Part shown: in pieces, positions 28,801 through 43,800 of the stretch
Numbering within the stretch: the stretch's first letter is position 1
Layout: each line of letters starts with the position of its first letter
Assembly (NCBI GenBank): GCA_032718475.1
Contig: JAUCBJ010002299.1
Location: 1-50,649 of the forward strand
DNA length: 50,649 nt
Direction of reading: 5' to 3'
From: Nemertoderma westbladi
Taxonomy: Eukaryota > Animalia > Xenacoelomorpha
The notes under the pieces: generated by a model
What the model was told of the DNA's origin: nothing
What the model saw: only the letters and a program-made list of their open reading frames with translations
Databases searched by the model: none
Made by a program: the position numbers and the translations under genes

Positions 28801-31800
28801 GGCCCAGATAGGAAAACGAGTCAACCCTTTCAAGTGGCTTGCCATATAATGAAATATTAGGACGTGTAGAAAAAGGCCGCAGCTTACTGTAGATAAACAT
28901 GCACTTTGATTTTTTCGTGTTAAAAATCATATTATTGCGAGAAGCAAAATTACTGCAAATATCGACCAAAAATTGCAACGCACAAGGATTTGATGCGATA
29001 AGACATCAGCATAGAAAGTGTGGTTCAGACAGACATCAAGGAGGGCACAGCCAATATTAGAACCGGACAGTTCTAAGCTGAGAGTGTCGATAAAAATGTT
29101 AAAAAAGCGAGGCGACAAAATTCTTCCTTGTCTTACCCCATTACAGCAATAAAATTTATCGTACATACAACCATTCCAGAAAACTTGCATAGATTGGTTG
29201 GCATACCAGAAAATAATTATGCGTAAAATAAACAACGGAATTTTACGTTCGAAAAGGCGTCTAAAAAGAAGACCATGATCTACTTTGTCGAACGCTTTGG
29301 AGGCGTCGAGAAAGCAGAGAAAAATATTAGAGCCATGCAACAAACAAGTAGAAATTAATTAATTCCTTTAATGTATAAATACATGATTCGGTTCCTACTG
29401 AGCCCTTGAAACCAAATTGGTTGTCAGAGGTACAGAGAAGGTGGTCAATGCGAAATAATATTAAAAATTTGTACAATTTACTTAAAACATTGGCGGTCGT
29501 ATTGGGCCTATAATTAGACTTGTCCGTGATGTCACCGGATTTATCCTTAACAATGGGCAGGATATTCGATGACAGCAAGGACAAAGGGATAAAACCATGA
29601 ATATTACAGGTGCTAAAAACAAAGATAAACAAATTAACAAACGATTACTGGTATATATGATGTGCTCCGCAACTAGCCCATCGGGGCCGGATGACTTATT
29701 GCACTTTAGGTGAGTGAGACCGAGCCTCAATTCATCAATAGAAAATACCATATCTTTTGTGTAAACAATATCCTTTAAAGAACCCTTGATATCGTCGTGT
29801 TGGGTGGGAGGAATCGAGTTGAACACACTACTGAAGTGATCGCCCCACGAGTTGGCGATATTCTGGGGACCGGATACATCATCGATTACAGGCGAGGGAG
29901 GAGCGGAGGAGGAGTTTTCCTTTCGAATGTTTTGCCAAAACTTAAAACAGACTTTATCCATAAGCGAATGAGCTAACTTGTCCGCGCGTAGCGTCGCTGC
30001 ATTACGTTTGACTGCTCGTAAACGCCGTTTGAACTGAGAACGTGTGGAGCACATCTGGCGGAACACGGGACCTTCTCGAGGACTGCCCATTGAGCGCCAG
30101 TAGAGAAAACAAGAACGAGCTGCCTCGTGAAGCATGCCGACCTCGTCATTCCAACCGGGAACGCCGCAGGGATGGGACGAAGAGGGAGAAGGTTTCCGAG
30201 TAGGTATCGTTGCCTCAGCAATGGAGACTAAACCGTCAACAATAGTATCATAGAATGTGGAGATGCACTCCAGGTGACTAGAGGCGCCACAGTGAGGGTT
30301 AGTGCAGGAAACAGCATCGAGTGGAAATACCAGCTGCGATAAAAACTCGTTGGTGGCCTCCCTGTAACGACCGAGGTTGTAAGGTGATGCTTTCTCCCAC
30401 TGTGGTATGGGTCTGTGGGCCGCAGCGGGAGTCTCGGAATTGTGAGAAACAACGGGGGGAGGCGAGCCACCGTCGATCACAACTGTAAGAGGTAAATGAT
30501 CATCGAAGGTTAGTGAGTAGTTAACCGAAATATCCCGGATTGAACTAATCATGGACCCTGTGCAGACACAGTGGTCCAACCAAGAAGTAGATCCGTGCGA
30601 GGAGCTAACGAAACTGAAGGTATCACTGGGTAGATAATTAAAGTCAGCAATGTGGAGACCGGAGTCAGAACAAACACTAGACAAGTCCTTGAAGAATAAG
30701 CGGGTTGGATCTGCATTGAAATCCCCTATAATGCACACTTTATTAGAGGGGGCCGTTTCGGATATAGCAGCAATTCTACCCAGATAATCCAAATACTCAT
30801 TATGGTTGTCGGAAGACTCGTAGGGAAGGTAAACATTCAGAACAATCACAGAAGAGCCATCCGGGCAGGAAACGGAAAGAACCATGATCCTTGGGTCTGA
30901 GCTTTCAAGGATCCGGACGAAGTTTGAACCTAAAGATTTCCTCCACAACACCCCCAGGCCACCGGAAGGCCTGCCGGATAAGATACCAGCCTCAAGGTCA
31001 GTAGGGGAGGAACCGAAGCCAAAGTGGTCAGCAGATAACGAGTTCAAGAAGTCCAGGCTCTGTTTAGTAAGCTGGGTCTCTTGAAGAAGGATTATGTCAC
31101 AATCTCGGGCCATTTCTTTGACTACAAATTGACTAGAGAGGGATCTAACCGAGTTACAATTATAACTTCCGATTTTAATAGCCATGGTTAATAAATTTAT
31201 AAGAACAAAGAAAACAAGAAAAGGGAAACAAGAAACAAAGTATTAGCAATGCACGCCGCAGCTACTGAAAGGGATCCCGATGAATCCACTCCCTAACTAA
31301 CACGCCTTCCGGCCAGAGATTAAGGTTGTCCTGAGATTTCAGGGAAAGAGCAACTTCCTCGGAGCAACTAACCTTGAAAGAGGCGTAATCATCGAACTTG
31401 GTAGCAATTTTGTCACAGGTGACATCAACATTAAAATTACCTTTAACATGAGTAACCAGGTCGTCAGTAGAAGTAACCGGAGCAAGACGGGTAACAAATA
31501 TCTTAGGTTTAGACTTGGACGGCACACCCCTCAGGGAGTAGGAGGAAGAGGTCCCAGTGCCCACAACCGGATTACCCCGGTTGCGTTGACGGGGAGGGGG
31601 CCTCAAACCCGAAGAACCAGAAATAGGGCGCCCTTTTGGACCGACATCGATAAAAGGAGACTCCTCGCGGACAATGACAACATCGGAATCACCGGAGACA
31701 CCAGACTCAACACCAGACAACAGCTCGGAAGCAGGAGGCATTGCGTCTGAGACATTACCAAGTGACTGGCCAGTGGAGGTGAGAGTGGAGGCGGAACTAG

Positions 31801-34800
31801 AGCTGATGGCTCCACGACGACGTTTGCCCTTAAAATTTCCACTAGCAGGAGCAGCTACCTGGGCAAATGAAACTGGGGGGACTGAAGGATTGCTTTCTAG
31901 AACCGAAACACGGCTCTTCAACGCACCGAGATCCTGAACCAATGTCGCAAGAACAGAAGATGGAGGCATAGTTGGAGGAAGAGCCGTAAAGTCCTCCACG
32001 ACAAACGTGGGAGTCGGACTAAGATCCTTAAAGACGGCCAGATCGAAGATATTAAGGATGTCAGCGATGAACTTGCGCCGCTTATTAACACCGGAGTGTT
32101 TCGTAGAGAAACTCTTCGAGGTATCCCGATCGGAAAGCAAGTCCAGCAATGTACTCCGAGCATTCTCAAGATTGGTTGTCATAAACGGCACCCAACCGTC
32201 CATGGTGTCTACCAGGTCGTCGTAGACAGCCCCTTTGGAGGTACGTTGCCACGCATAACAGAGAACTGGGTGGATAATGACCCCACCCGAAACGTCAGCC
32301 ATGTGGAAAGGGAACAGCAGACGGAAACGCCAAAAGCAGAAATAACGACCACAAAGAAATAAAAACCAATGTTAAAAAAAGCACCAAGTCAGTACAGCAG
32401 TACAGCAGTCAGCCAAAGAGCAGTACAGCAGTTCCAATTACGGTTCGTACTTCTGTGCAGCTGTGATATTGCTACACAGTATACCACATTTTATATGTGG
32501 TATCAATCTCTCTTGGGTAAGTGAGGCTGTACATTTAGGTCATGTTCTGGATTACCGTAACTCATCATCATCTGATATATTAAGGAAACGTGGTCATGGT
32601 CAATTTATTGGTAAACTTAATACGTTGCGTCAGGAATTTTATTTTACGAATCCTTTCACTTTGTGCAATTTACAACGTATTTTTGCAACTATCCTTTATG
32701 GCAGTTATCTTTGGGATCTATTTTCAGACAATTGTTCGAGAATACTTAGTGCTTGGAATATTAATGTTCGCATTATTTTCAAATTGCCTTTCAACTCGCA
32801 TAGATATATTATTGAACAACTTTTACCTTTTGCACATCCATGTATTATGATGCAATCTAGGTTTGTTAATTTTGCACAAAGGTAGGTAGGTCGCGTAGTG
32901 GTGCCAATTTTAGGATGATAGGAAATTTGTGTAATAAATATAATATCACTGACCTTACATCTAAATGTGTAAAAAGTTTAAATTATGTTCCTCTTATGAA
33001 GACCAATGAATGGAAAGTACATTTCTGCAAGGAATTAATTAATGTGCGCCTGGATACTATGGAGGTAAAAGGTTTCAATGACCATGAACTAAAAGATATT
33101 TTGGACTATATTGTTACTTCATAACCTAGAATAATTTTTACTCGCTATATCTTGTATTAAACTTTACCAGTCGTGTATGAAATTATTATATAATAATGTA
33201 AATAACTTAGTAAGAAAGCTAGGGAGGAGTTGTAAGTTAGTCTGCTCCGTCAGGGTGGGGGGGGGGGGGGGGGGGGGGGGTACTAGGGACCATGGACCAC
33301 CTCGTAGAGTCCCTCGTTGTTAGTGAGTGAGAGGGGTCCATGGTCCCCACAATGGAGGCCGCATTGCCGACCAGAATGCCAGTCTCTGCAGGAGGAAGCA
33401 GTGAGATCAGGGCTCCTGGGAAACAGAGTGGAGTCTTGCCACGATCTCCTTCAGGAACTCTGATGATTCAGGGCCAGGGCGGCCCAAGGTCTCGTAGGCT
33501 ACCAGGTGGAAGATGAGTTCCTGGTACTATACATTATTGACATGAGTAAACCCAAAAATTTTGTTTATGTTCAAAGACTATTACATTTTGTTGAGATAAA
33601 GCGGATATATGGGTGTTGGAATGTTCAAGCATCTATTATGCGTATGGTAATCTTTTTAATCGCAAAACATTTTTTTTTGCTTTTACAGAACATATTAAAT
33701 AAATTTTTCTTACGTTTCAATTGCTCAGTTGGTCAGCTGTTGACATTCCCACACGTCTGCCAAAAGACATTTGTCTTTATATTGTCGATAAATTGGGGAG
33801 ATATATGACTGATCGCGGAGGTGTTGTGTCCAGATGCGATGCCAGATGCCACCTAGGGGTGTGGCCGATGTTTGTATGTAATTCTGATGTATTTTTGTGT
33901 GTATAATTGTTTAAAATCTATCTGCGTTACTTTAACATAAATACCTACCAGGACGACAATCGACATTGTTGCAAACCTCCGATCTCTTTGTATCAGAGCA
34001 AGGCTTTCCAATCGGTTTGAGCAGAACTTTTCGATTTAGCTGAATTATTCCTCCACCACATGTGGTATTGCATTCACCAGCGTAAGTCCATTCACCATAC
34101 TCGCATTCTAGGTAACACATTATAGATATATTAATAAAAAACTATTAAAATAGTTAAAGAACTAAAGGAGGATAGCAGATCTGTAGCCTGTAGGTGTTGA
34201 AATGAAAACTTGAGTTTATTGCCAATATTTCGGCCTATCATGAAGGATGACCAAGTTCGTATAGACTTTTCATCAAACCGAGTAGCGCAGGCATTATTTT
34301 AAAATCAGCAACCATCCAAGTAATATTATTGTGAATGTCGCCCGCTCTGTTATACAACGTGCGATACGTAACAGTAACACTGTTCAAAGGTCTTTTTGAT
34401 TTGTTTTATATTGTTACAATATAATTTCATTTCATTTTATTTCAATTTCATTTGAAAAAACTCACGTTTCGATCACCTACAGATCGGCTACCCGCCTTTA
34501 GTCCTTTAAGTATTTTTACATCGGTGGGGCAAGGAACTGCCTCTGGAATTAAAATGATTAAATTGATGATGACACATCGTTGATAAATAATTTAATTAAG
34601 GTGACCAGCACGCCCCGCCCGGGGGGGGGGGGGGGGGGGGGGGTGTCAAAAATTAAGAATCCTATTTTTGGACTCTAAACCAAAATTTAATGGAGATTTC
34701 AAATCTAAAAACGGTTTGCCCCACTACCTATAAATTCGGATCACCACCCATAATCACAGATGTGCCAACCTACAGTAGATGTTCTTTCAGATTTCATATA

Positions 34801-37800
34801 CACATTTAAAATTTACTTAAAATACGTATCAACTACTTTTTTCTTACCTAAATATTTTCCCGTATAAAAATTAATTGTTTCCTGTTACCACGGGAATTTA
34901 TACCACTTAGTTATAATTTAAGTAATAAACTAATTTGGATTTTTTTTGCGGTATTGGCTGCAGTCCAATCACGTTGCGTCGTGGTGGGCTTGGGTGTGTG
35001 TGAAGGGGTGTTTGGATAGATGTGCTTCGCATCTTTACGTGTGGGCCCCGTGGTGGAAATCAATATATATAATAGGTAATACGTAATCGAATTCTTAAGG
35101 GAAAGGCATGGGCAGCCTTGAATGGGCTTTCCAGGATTTGGAAGCACATAGAATTCATCGGAAAATAAAGGTCAAATTATTTAGAGCAGCAGTAGTTCCA
35201 GTACTCCTCTATATAGAGGAGGACTCCCATAGCTATGGGAGTCCATGCTAGGCTCTAACTGCTAGGGACACCAAATCTCTGCATGGCACATTCACAAGAA
35301 TGCTACGCCGGGTTCATTGTGTCAAGTACAATGCACACATCTCCAACCAGACACTATATAACATTGGAGGTCTCTCATTGGTTCCCCCAAGCTTGACACT
35401 AGAACAAAATCGCCTCCGCTTTGCAGGACATTTCTTTCGCCGTGAGGACCAGCCAGTGCATAATCTTGTACTTTGGCAGCCTCATGGAGTGAATAAGCAT
35501 GGTGGACAGTCCATGACTTTCTTGAGACGCATCTTAAAGGTCACTGGCCTTGAAGAAATGAAAACAAATAAGTTGGTGCCAGTTCCCAAGAAGGGCAACC
35601 TAACACTCTATGGTTCTTTTCGGGGAATCTCATTGATCTCGATTGCTGCAAAGCTATACAATAGGATTCTATTAAATCGCATCAGGGATCCCATTGAGAG
35701 ACTGCTCCGTGGAAATCAGAATGGGTTCCGTAAAGGTCGTGGGACCATAGAGCCCATTTTGGCACTTAGAAGGATAATTGAGGGTTATCAAAAAAGAAAG
35801 ACAGGCATCTGGCTGTTATCTTTGTTGACTTCTGGAAGGCCTTTGATTCAGTCTCTCGCTCACGTATGTTCAGCATACTTTCATTATATGGGATTCCTGA
35901 TGAAATTATTGCAGCAATCAGATCAGTATACGATGGTTCGACAACATTTGTGTCTACTGTTGACGGTGACACAGAACCATTTGAAGTGTTTGGGGCGTCC
36001 TCCAAGGAGACACACTTGCACCATTCTTGTTCATTATTGTGGTTGACTATGTTCTACGCATGTCCTTAGATCATTATAATGATGATGGGGTCATGATAAC
36101 TCCACCTACTGGCTCCAGAAGTCGAGGAAATCCTGCCAAGTACCTAACTGATCTAGAATTTGCTGATGACTTAGGAGTACTCTCAGAATCATTAGAGGGA
36201 GCCCAACGGCTCCTCAGCTCATTAGAACATGCTGCTTCTAGTGTTGGTCTTTTTATTAACTCCAGAAAGACCAAAATTCTGACAGTTAACTTTGAAAGTC
36301 CTCAGCAAGTCTCTGATCGGATGAGCATAAGCTCAAAGGATGGTATGCTTGAGCATGTGGACGACTTCTGTTACCTGGGATCATGGATCCGGAAGTCAGG
36401 TGAGGACCTTCGAATACGTAAGGGAAAGGCATGGGCAGCCTTGAATCGGCTTTCCAGGATTTGGAAGCACCCGAGAATTAATCGGAAACTTAAGGTCCGA
36501 TTATTTAGAGCAGCAGTAGTTCCAGTACTCCTCTGCGGGAGTCCATGCTGGGCTCTAACTGCTGATGACCCCAAATCTCTGGATGGCACATTCACAAGAA
36601 TGCTACGCCGGGTTCATTGTGTCAAGTACAATGCACACATCTCCAACCAGACACTATATAACATTGGAGGTGTCTCATTGGTTCCCCCAAGCTTGATACT
36701 AGAACAAAATCGCCTCCGCTTTGCAGGACATTGCTTTCGCCGTGAGGACCAGCCAGTCTTGTACTTTGGCAGCCTCATGGAGTGAATAAGCATGGTGGAC
36801 AGCCCATGACTTTCTTGAGACGCATCTTAAAGGACACTGACCTTAAAGATGCGGATGATCTAGCAAATGTCATGGGTGATAGGAAGTTGTGGCGGTGCAA
36901 TTTTGTTGACAAGCCGGCACAGCATTCTTAAAAATGCAGCTGCAATGCAGCAAGCCGATCCTAGTAGTAGTAGTAGGCCTTGAAGATGCGGATGATCTAG
37001 GAAATGTCAGAGGGAGTTGTGGCTTCGCAATTTTGTCGACAAGCCGGCACAGCATTCTAAATATATATGTAATATATATACAATGCAGCTGCAATGCAGC
37101 ATGCCGATCGTAGTAGACGTATTATAGCTCCGTAGCTAATATCAGCTTGTTGCCCAGTTGCTCAATTCATTTTTCTAAATAACTAACTGTACACGAAAAC
37201 TTGATATGGTTTGTGAAGCAGCTTCCGGTGAAAATTGTCTCCAATTTTTCATACTTTCAAAACTTTTTAGGTACAACATACATTGAGTAGTTACTAAGAT
37301 AATGATTAATATTCAAATATCGCCCCACACTGGCAATATTTTGAAACCAAATTGTTAACTCTAAATTTTTTAATCTATGAAACTCACCACAGGGTTGTAA
37401 GTTGCAAGGAATTGATTTCCGTAAAGGGATTGCATGACAGGATATTCCATTGTATTTGCTATGTCGAATTACATCCCTTTGAATTGGCAAAGATCCAGAG
37501 CCACAAGGTAAGGTACACTGACTCACTTCGTACCAAAGACCAACTTCACAATCCTCTGAAATTATACAAAGACACATGCAAGCTAATATTTATTCTTGAA
37601 CTTTGTTAACAGAGCTTACACTATCCAATACCATTTAAACTCAAACATACCAGGATGATATACAGTATCTTACTGTAGAATAACTTGATATAGTCTATTG
37701 AATATAACCCTATCTATTGTAACTAACTTTTAGTAACTTACGGTCTTTTTCTAACCCTCAGTTACATTGAGTTGTATTGCATGAGTTGGATGCAGACTAT

Positions 37801-40800
37801 ATGCAAAATAATATGGAAAGCTGCCCAATATGGTGATGACATATTGGTGATGATGCAGTATTTGTGTGCTGAATTAAATATTTTTTGTGCTCAATTAAAT
37901 TATTTTTGGTGGTATTTCAAATATTTCTGGTGATACAATATGACATGTACTTGTAATTTGGTGTAAAATAAGTAATATTGGTGATAAATGACAATTTTGG
38001 TTTGTAATTTATTTGTCGGATTTCAAATTAAGCATTATAATTCTGATGGATAATTTTGTTTCGGTATGGTATGGTATCGGTACCTCTGTCCATGTAATTA
38101 TCGACATTTGTAACGAAATTGTAAATTTCTTATCATTACTATTATCTTCTTGATTTTATTATGGCGACGTTTGAACGTTCAATACCTCTGTATTTGGAAG
38201 CGCATATTCGTTTGTATATATAAATAAACTATCTCTTGGATTGGATAAATATTGAGATGCTGCTTTAACTAATGCCATCCAATACAATGCTAAGTTTATC
38301 ATAATGATAATCCATTTCCTGGGTGCAGTGTAGAAAATTAGAATTCTCTCATAAAGATCATGTCAATATTTATCAAAGGTTAAGTGCTGTAGTTCATGCG
38401 CTGCAATATTTTCCCAATTGTGAAGGATACGAACGATGATATCACCAATCGAAGATAACTATCGAAGCATAGCCCTTGCAACAATAAGTAGTAAAATCGT
38501 GGAATTAATTTTCCTTGAACGTTTCGGGGATAAACTCTCTACTACGAACTCTCAATTTGGTTTTAAGAGTAATCTTGGTTCTGAACTTTGTATCTACACA
38601 TTAAAGGAATTCATACAGTATTATTTAGAAAATGATAGCCCTGTTTATGTATGTTTCATTTTTCGTATTTTACGTATTTTTCGACCTTGTGAATCATTAA
38701 AAGTTGTTTTTTTAAATTAATAAATACCTCTGTCTGGATGTTAGGGTCATTCGATACTGGTTCCGGTGCCAAGTACTCAATGTACGCTGGGGTGGCTGCT
38801 CTTCGGTCAGTTTTACTGTCACTAATGGAACTAAACAAGGCGGTGTTATTATCAGGCTATTTTTACGCTATATATATGGTCGACTTAAGTAAAGAATTAA
38901 CGGCCACAAACGTAGGATGTCAACTAAATCATAAGAGGTGCAACCATTTACTGTACGCAGATGACCTATCTCTAGCATCTAACTCTATCTTAGGTTTAAA
39001 TATATTAATTGATACTTTTGTAAGTTATGTCAAAAGGCACTCTATTGTAATTCATATTAAGAAATCGACATTTGTGCGCTACATTCCAAAAACTAAAAAG
39101 AACACAAGTGGGGCCTTCCTGCAGCAAAAGTTGTTATAACAGTTCGCTGATGGCTCGCAGTTTTGTCTCGCCCCACAGTTTGGTAGAGTCAATTCAATCC
39201 AAGTCGATTCAAAACGGCACCCTGTTAGATACTGTGAGTAAATATAAGTACTTGGGTCATATCTTTCATTGTACAACTGATGATAACTATGAGATATTGA
39301 ACCAATTATCTAGTCTGTACCATAGGGGTGATTTCCTCATCCGTAAGTTCGGTGTTTGTACCCGAGACGTCTCCATTCTTTTTGCACGCAGATTTACTGC
39401 CCCTCTCTCTGGGCACGGCAAAATTACTCCCTCGCCATGTACAACAAACTTCGCGTAGCATACAATAATATAATTCGAAAACTATATGGACTTCAATATG
39501 ATTCAAGTGTATCTTACATGTGAGGTGCACTTTATCTCTCTAAGCTTGTTAATATTCGTCACGATGCGCGGGAGTCTTTGTTGCGAGTAACAGGGTAACA
39601 TCGGAATAACAGTATTGTACAGACCGTAGCTCAGATGACCTTCCCGTTGCCTTGCCGTCTCGTTGGTCCGTGTTCTCTGAACACCTAATCGACTTTCACA
39701 GTCATATATATATTGCGAATAAACTCGTAGATTATTTTTGTGATCGAATATTGACTATTATTTTCTATTATTCACTACTATGTATCATTATTTATTTATA
39801 ATATTGTGCTTCCCTGCTCGGGGTCCCTTATACTGGTTTTTCTTTTTCCTTTTTTCTTCTTAATAAATACTGTTATATCTGTGCATTATTGTATCTGTTC
39901 TCTGTGGGCTTCAATGGCCCGGATTAAAGATTATTATTATTATTACTGCAAAGTTAATAATAAACTATCAGAAAGACTTTAGAATTTTGTTTGGTTCCAA
40001 AAGAAAGTTAAAGAAAGTAACTAAGTTTGTAGTACATGTAATGTTAATAAGATATAAAATAAAATAACGGAGCAATTTGAGCGCCATTTTGGATAACTGC
40101 TTGTTTGGAGAAAGTCTAGTGAATTTTTTTTTGAAAGTTAACTTTTTTTTAGGTTTCAGTTTCTAATTAATAGTTTAAATTTGTTTAAATTTATTATTAT
40201 TATACAAACCTGGGCAAATTTCTACATTACAGGTCTGTGTGCTGCTTGTTTCGTTACAGTTGAGTGATCCTAGATTCTCTAAAACCCTCCGACTAAAGTT
40301 CATCGTACCGCCACCACATTCAGCACTGCATTGGCCAACAGGTTTAAACTCGCTGTACAGACAATAACCTATAAGTAATAATAATATACAACATCTGTTA
40401 ACGCATTATAGGAGTGGTATTTGAAAATAATTACAATATAATTGTCCCCACTATATCAAACAATAAAATATCCCCAATGTTCCACAATGCAAACTCCCAT
40501 GGTATATTTACACACTGTGTATACTATATAAGTGTATAAAATCAATTATATATTTACATACATAAAAGCTAAATGTTTGAAGTAGACCAGTTTATTGTAA
40601 AGGGATTACTGTTGTTGTTTTTAAAAGACAACATATTTTATATATAATTACATTACAATTACTAACATTAAGTATGTTTTTTATGTTTTTAAGATGAATA
40701 ATAAGATATTCAGTTGTTCATTATTGTTATAGAAAATACCTTCTCAACATTATTTATTCTTCATTACGAATTACATCCTTAAATTTGAGCATGATTCGAA

Positions 40801-43800
40801 GAATAATACTTATTTATAGATGGCCTAATAGGAAAATAGAGTTTTCTTTACCTTTTTCCAAAAATGATTTTTTTTAATTACTTTTATAACGCAGTTAATT
40901 AGGCTTTTAATTAAATAATCGAACAGAATGCTGATAATAAGATATGATTAGGCCTATGTATATATAAAGTATGATATGTTTGCTTATAAGCTTTGATTAA
41001 ATTATTACGAATTAAATAACTGATAAATTATCGGTACCAAACGGTTTATCATGAGAGAAAAATTAATGTCAATAAAATTAGTGAAAAATTAATAATGTTA
41101 AATACGAAAGGAATATACGAAATCAATCTATACATAATAAAAATAAATAACAATAATAATAAGACATTATATAACCTAATAAGTTATTGCAGAGGTGGCG
41201 AGCAAGAAGGGTCTAACCTGCAGATAACAACGCTACTCTAAAAAATAAATTATGGAGACAACAATACACCTGTTCAGCAAATTTGCAAAAAATGTAATAA
41301 ATTATAAAATGTGTTAAAAAAAAAAATAAAGCATCTATTCGTTCTGCAGGGGATAATCAGAATTAAAGTAGTAAAATCTCATCTAGGTTTCTGTTAGAGA
41401 GGAAGGTGCCGAGGACTGCGGTTGCATTTCCTCTTACCACTGCCATGGATAGCACCTGGCGATCCTCCCCCCTATCTCGCGAATGGTGCTGGTTGCTTCA
41501 GCACTGATGGGCCCGAGAGTCTCTGTAGCAATAGTCACAAAGTGATAGTCGTGGCACAGGTCAGCGTATTTGTTTGACTTTAGTCGCTCTGCTGCAGTTT
41601 CTGCTGCTCCGGCAATCTGGGACGTCGTGGGGAGGTAGGATGTTCCTAAGGTATATCCATAACACGAGCATCCTGCCTTTCCACCATGGTGAAAGTGTCA
41701 TTCCATCAGGTTTTTTCCCATCCCTCGTCATGCCTCGTGGTTATAGAATGGATGGTATACCGGCTGAGTTAAGGGCGCGGTGGATTATGTCATTTGCTTC
41801 AGCGTGGTGGCTGTATTTGTTATAGTTGTGGACACAGCTTAGTCCATGTACGGCTGAGGTGTTCATTTGATACCGCAGCTCCTACACACCCATGCTCACT
41901 GCAGATTGAAGTTCCTAGGCACAGGGTTACGCCTATTCGTAGTTGGTCATCCTTGAGGCGGAGTCCCAGAGAAGATTTTGGAAGGGTGTTTAGCCAGTCC
42001 CCAGAGTGAGCAGCCCACGTGGCTAACAGACGTGTCTTAGACGTGTCTAACAGACGGGGTGTTAGTGGCTGCAAGTAGTTCCTCAAACCGGATGGCGCTA
42101 AAGGGGTAGTCCCATGCTTTCTGTACAGAATGGTTGGGTGGTGGACATGTTCCTGGGGGGAGAAGCAATCGTTGTCATAGCAAGCGTTATTGCAGGATCT
42201 GTATTGTCATCAACATGAGGAAGGAGTGCTCGAAGTAGGGGAGTGCATCCGAAGACTGATGCCAAAAAGACAGGGATTGAAGCGAAAAATTGTTAAATTG
42301 TGAAAAATTGTTAGTGTATATTATTTATTATAATTTATTATTATAATTATTTTAATTTTAAGAAAAATAAAATTATTTTTTATAAATTATTGTTCATTTG
42401 ACCTTTTTCGGAGAAATTATAAATAATTTTTAGAACCTAGAGGCAGATTGGGTAACTGCAATAAGTATTATAATAATTTATTATCTTCACAATGTTCTCT
42501 GTTAAAGGGCGGGGTAGCTCAGTTGGTTGAGTGCCAGGCCTGCAATCTATTGGTTGTAGGTTCAGCACCGCCAGGATCCACTCAACCCTTTCATCCACTG
42601 GGGTCGATAAAATGAGTACCAGGTAAAATAACTGGGAGCAAATCTTGGGATAGGAGTAGCGCCCACCCCTACCCTCGGGTAGCAGCTATCGAAAGAGGAG
42701 CCTTCGGGTCGCCTCCGGCTTCGGCCGACTCTTTGCTTTGCTTGCAATGTACTCTATTAGTTTAAAATTATCAGACGTTTTAAGTAAATATATAACGAGT
42801 TTATAAATTTATGTTCTGTTTTGCTTTGACATGATGTCGAAGCATTATAATATGCAAACAAAAATGCTCTATGCCTGCAAGGTAATAATAGTATAAAACT
42901 TTTTATCAATAATGAATTTCTACTTACAATCTGGTTTTTTGCATTCCCGAGACTCTTCAATATCTCCACATTCTTGTCCACCAAACTGACTTTCAGTTAT
43001 AATTTCTCTCTGGTAAATCTCCTCCCCTATTCCACAAGGTACACTGCATTCAGTCTTTAGTGTCCAATCTGATAGAACACAATCAACTGTGAAAAAAAGG
43101 ATTTATATGTTACATAATTTGTAATATCAGCATTGAGAAACGAACATAAGGGTAAGGCATGGTCAGCACCAAATTAAATTCACTGGTTTACAATTCACCG
43201 GGAATAATTGCTTTCTCAGAAGATAAATTTATTCTGGACATCATCAACATTAGCCTGTGCCGTCATTTGGTAGACTCTGCAGGACTAAATACACCACATC
43301 CCTTGTATTACAATACTATATACTATGCAGGATTCCTGGTAAAGGGAACCAATCCTATGTACAATCCAATCCTTAGTATTCCTATATTCATACGAATTTA
43401 CAAATTTAAGTACATTGGCTCACATTAAAATATTCACAATTATGTACAAATTGCACACTACTAACGTGTTTTAATGCAATCATGTTAAATGTGCGATCAA
43501 GGCGAATTGTAGGCCAGCTGGAAAGCAAGACTTCGGAGAAATTTACCTTCAGAAAAATTTCTATTTCTATTTTATTAGCAAGTCGTAGGACTTGATTACT
43601 GTAAGAATTGTTGGCTGACTGGCTGGCTGACTGACTGACTGGCTGGCTGACTGACTGACTGATCTACAGCCAAAACTACTCTAACGATTTTGATGAAATT
43701 TTCACAGCGGCTAGATACCACGATTCTAAGGTCCCTGGTATGTTCCGCTATTTCGTCCATGAGCCGTGGGCTCGAAAAATAGACATAAACGAAAAAACGC

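Larger units (their letters stand above)
24550..33200 (+). mobile_element. Degraded host LINE (family of 5361-8900) split by two nested insertions
   Basis: ORF1 relic ~24760-25970; RT 27570-28160 (LDELQFGF..CTWSASEVVGYY); C-terminal part 32482-33124 homologous to ORF 5549-6187. Confidence 0.8.

Noticed and set aside
31448-32362. Plus-strand ORFs overlapping LINE ORF1
   Set aside because: Antisense shadow ORFs of a GC-richer coding region, with no recognisable motifs.
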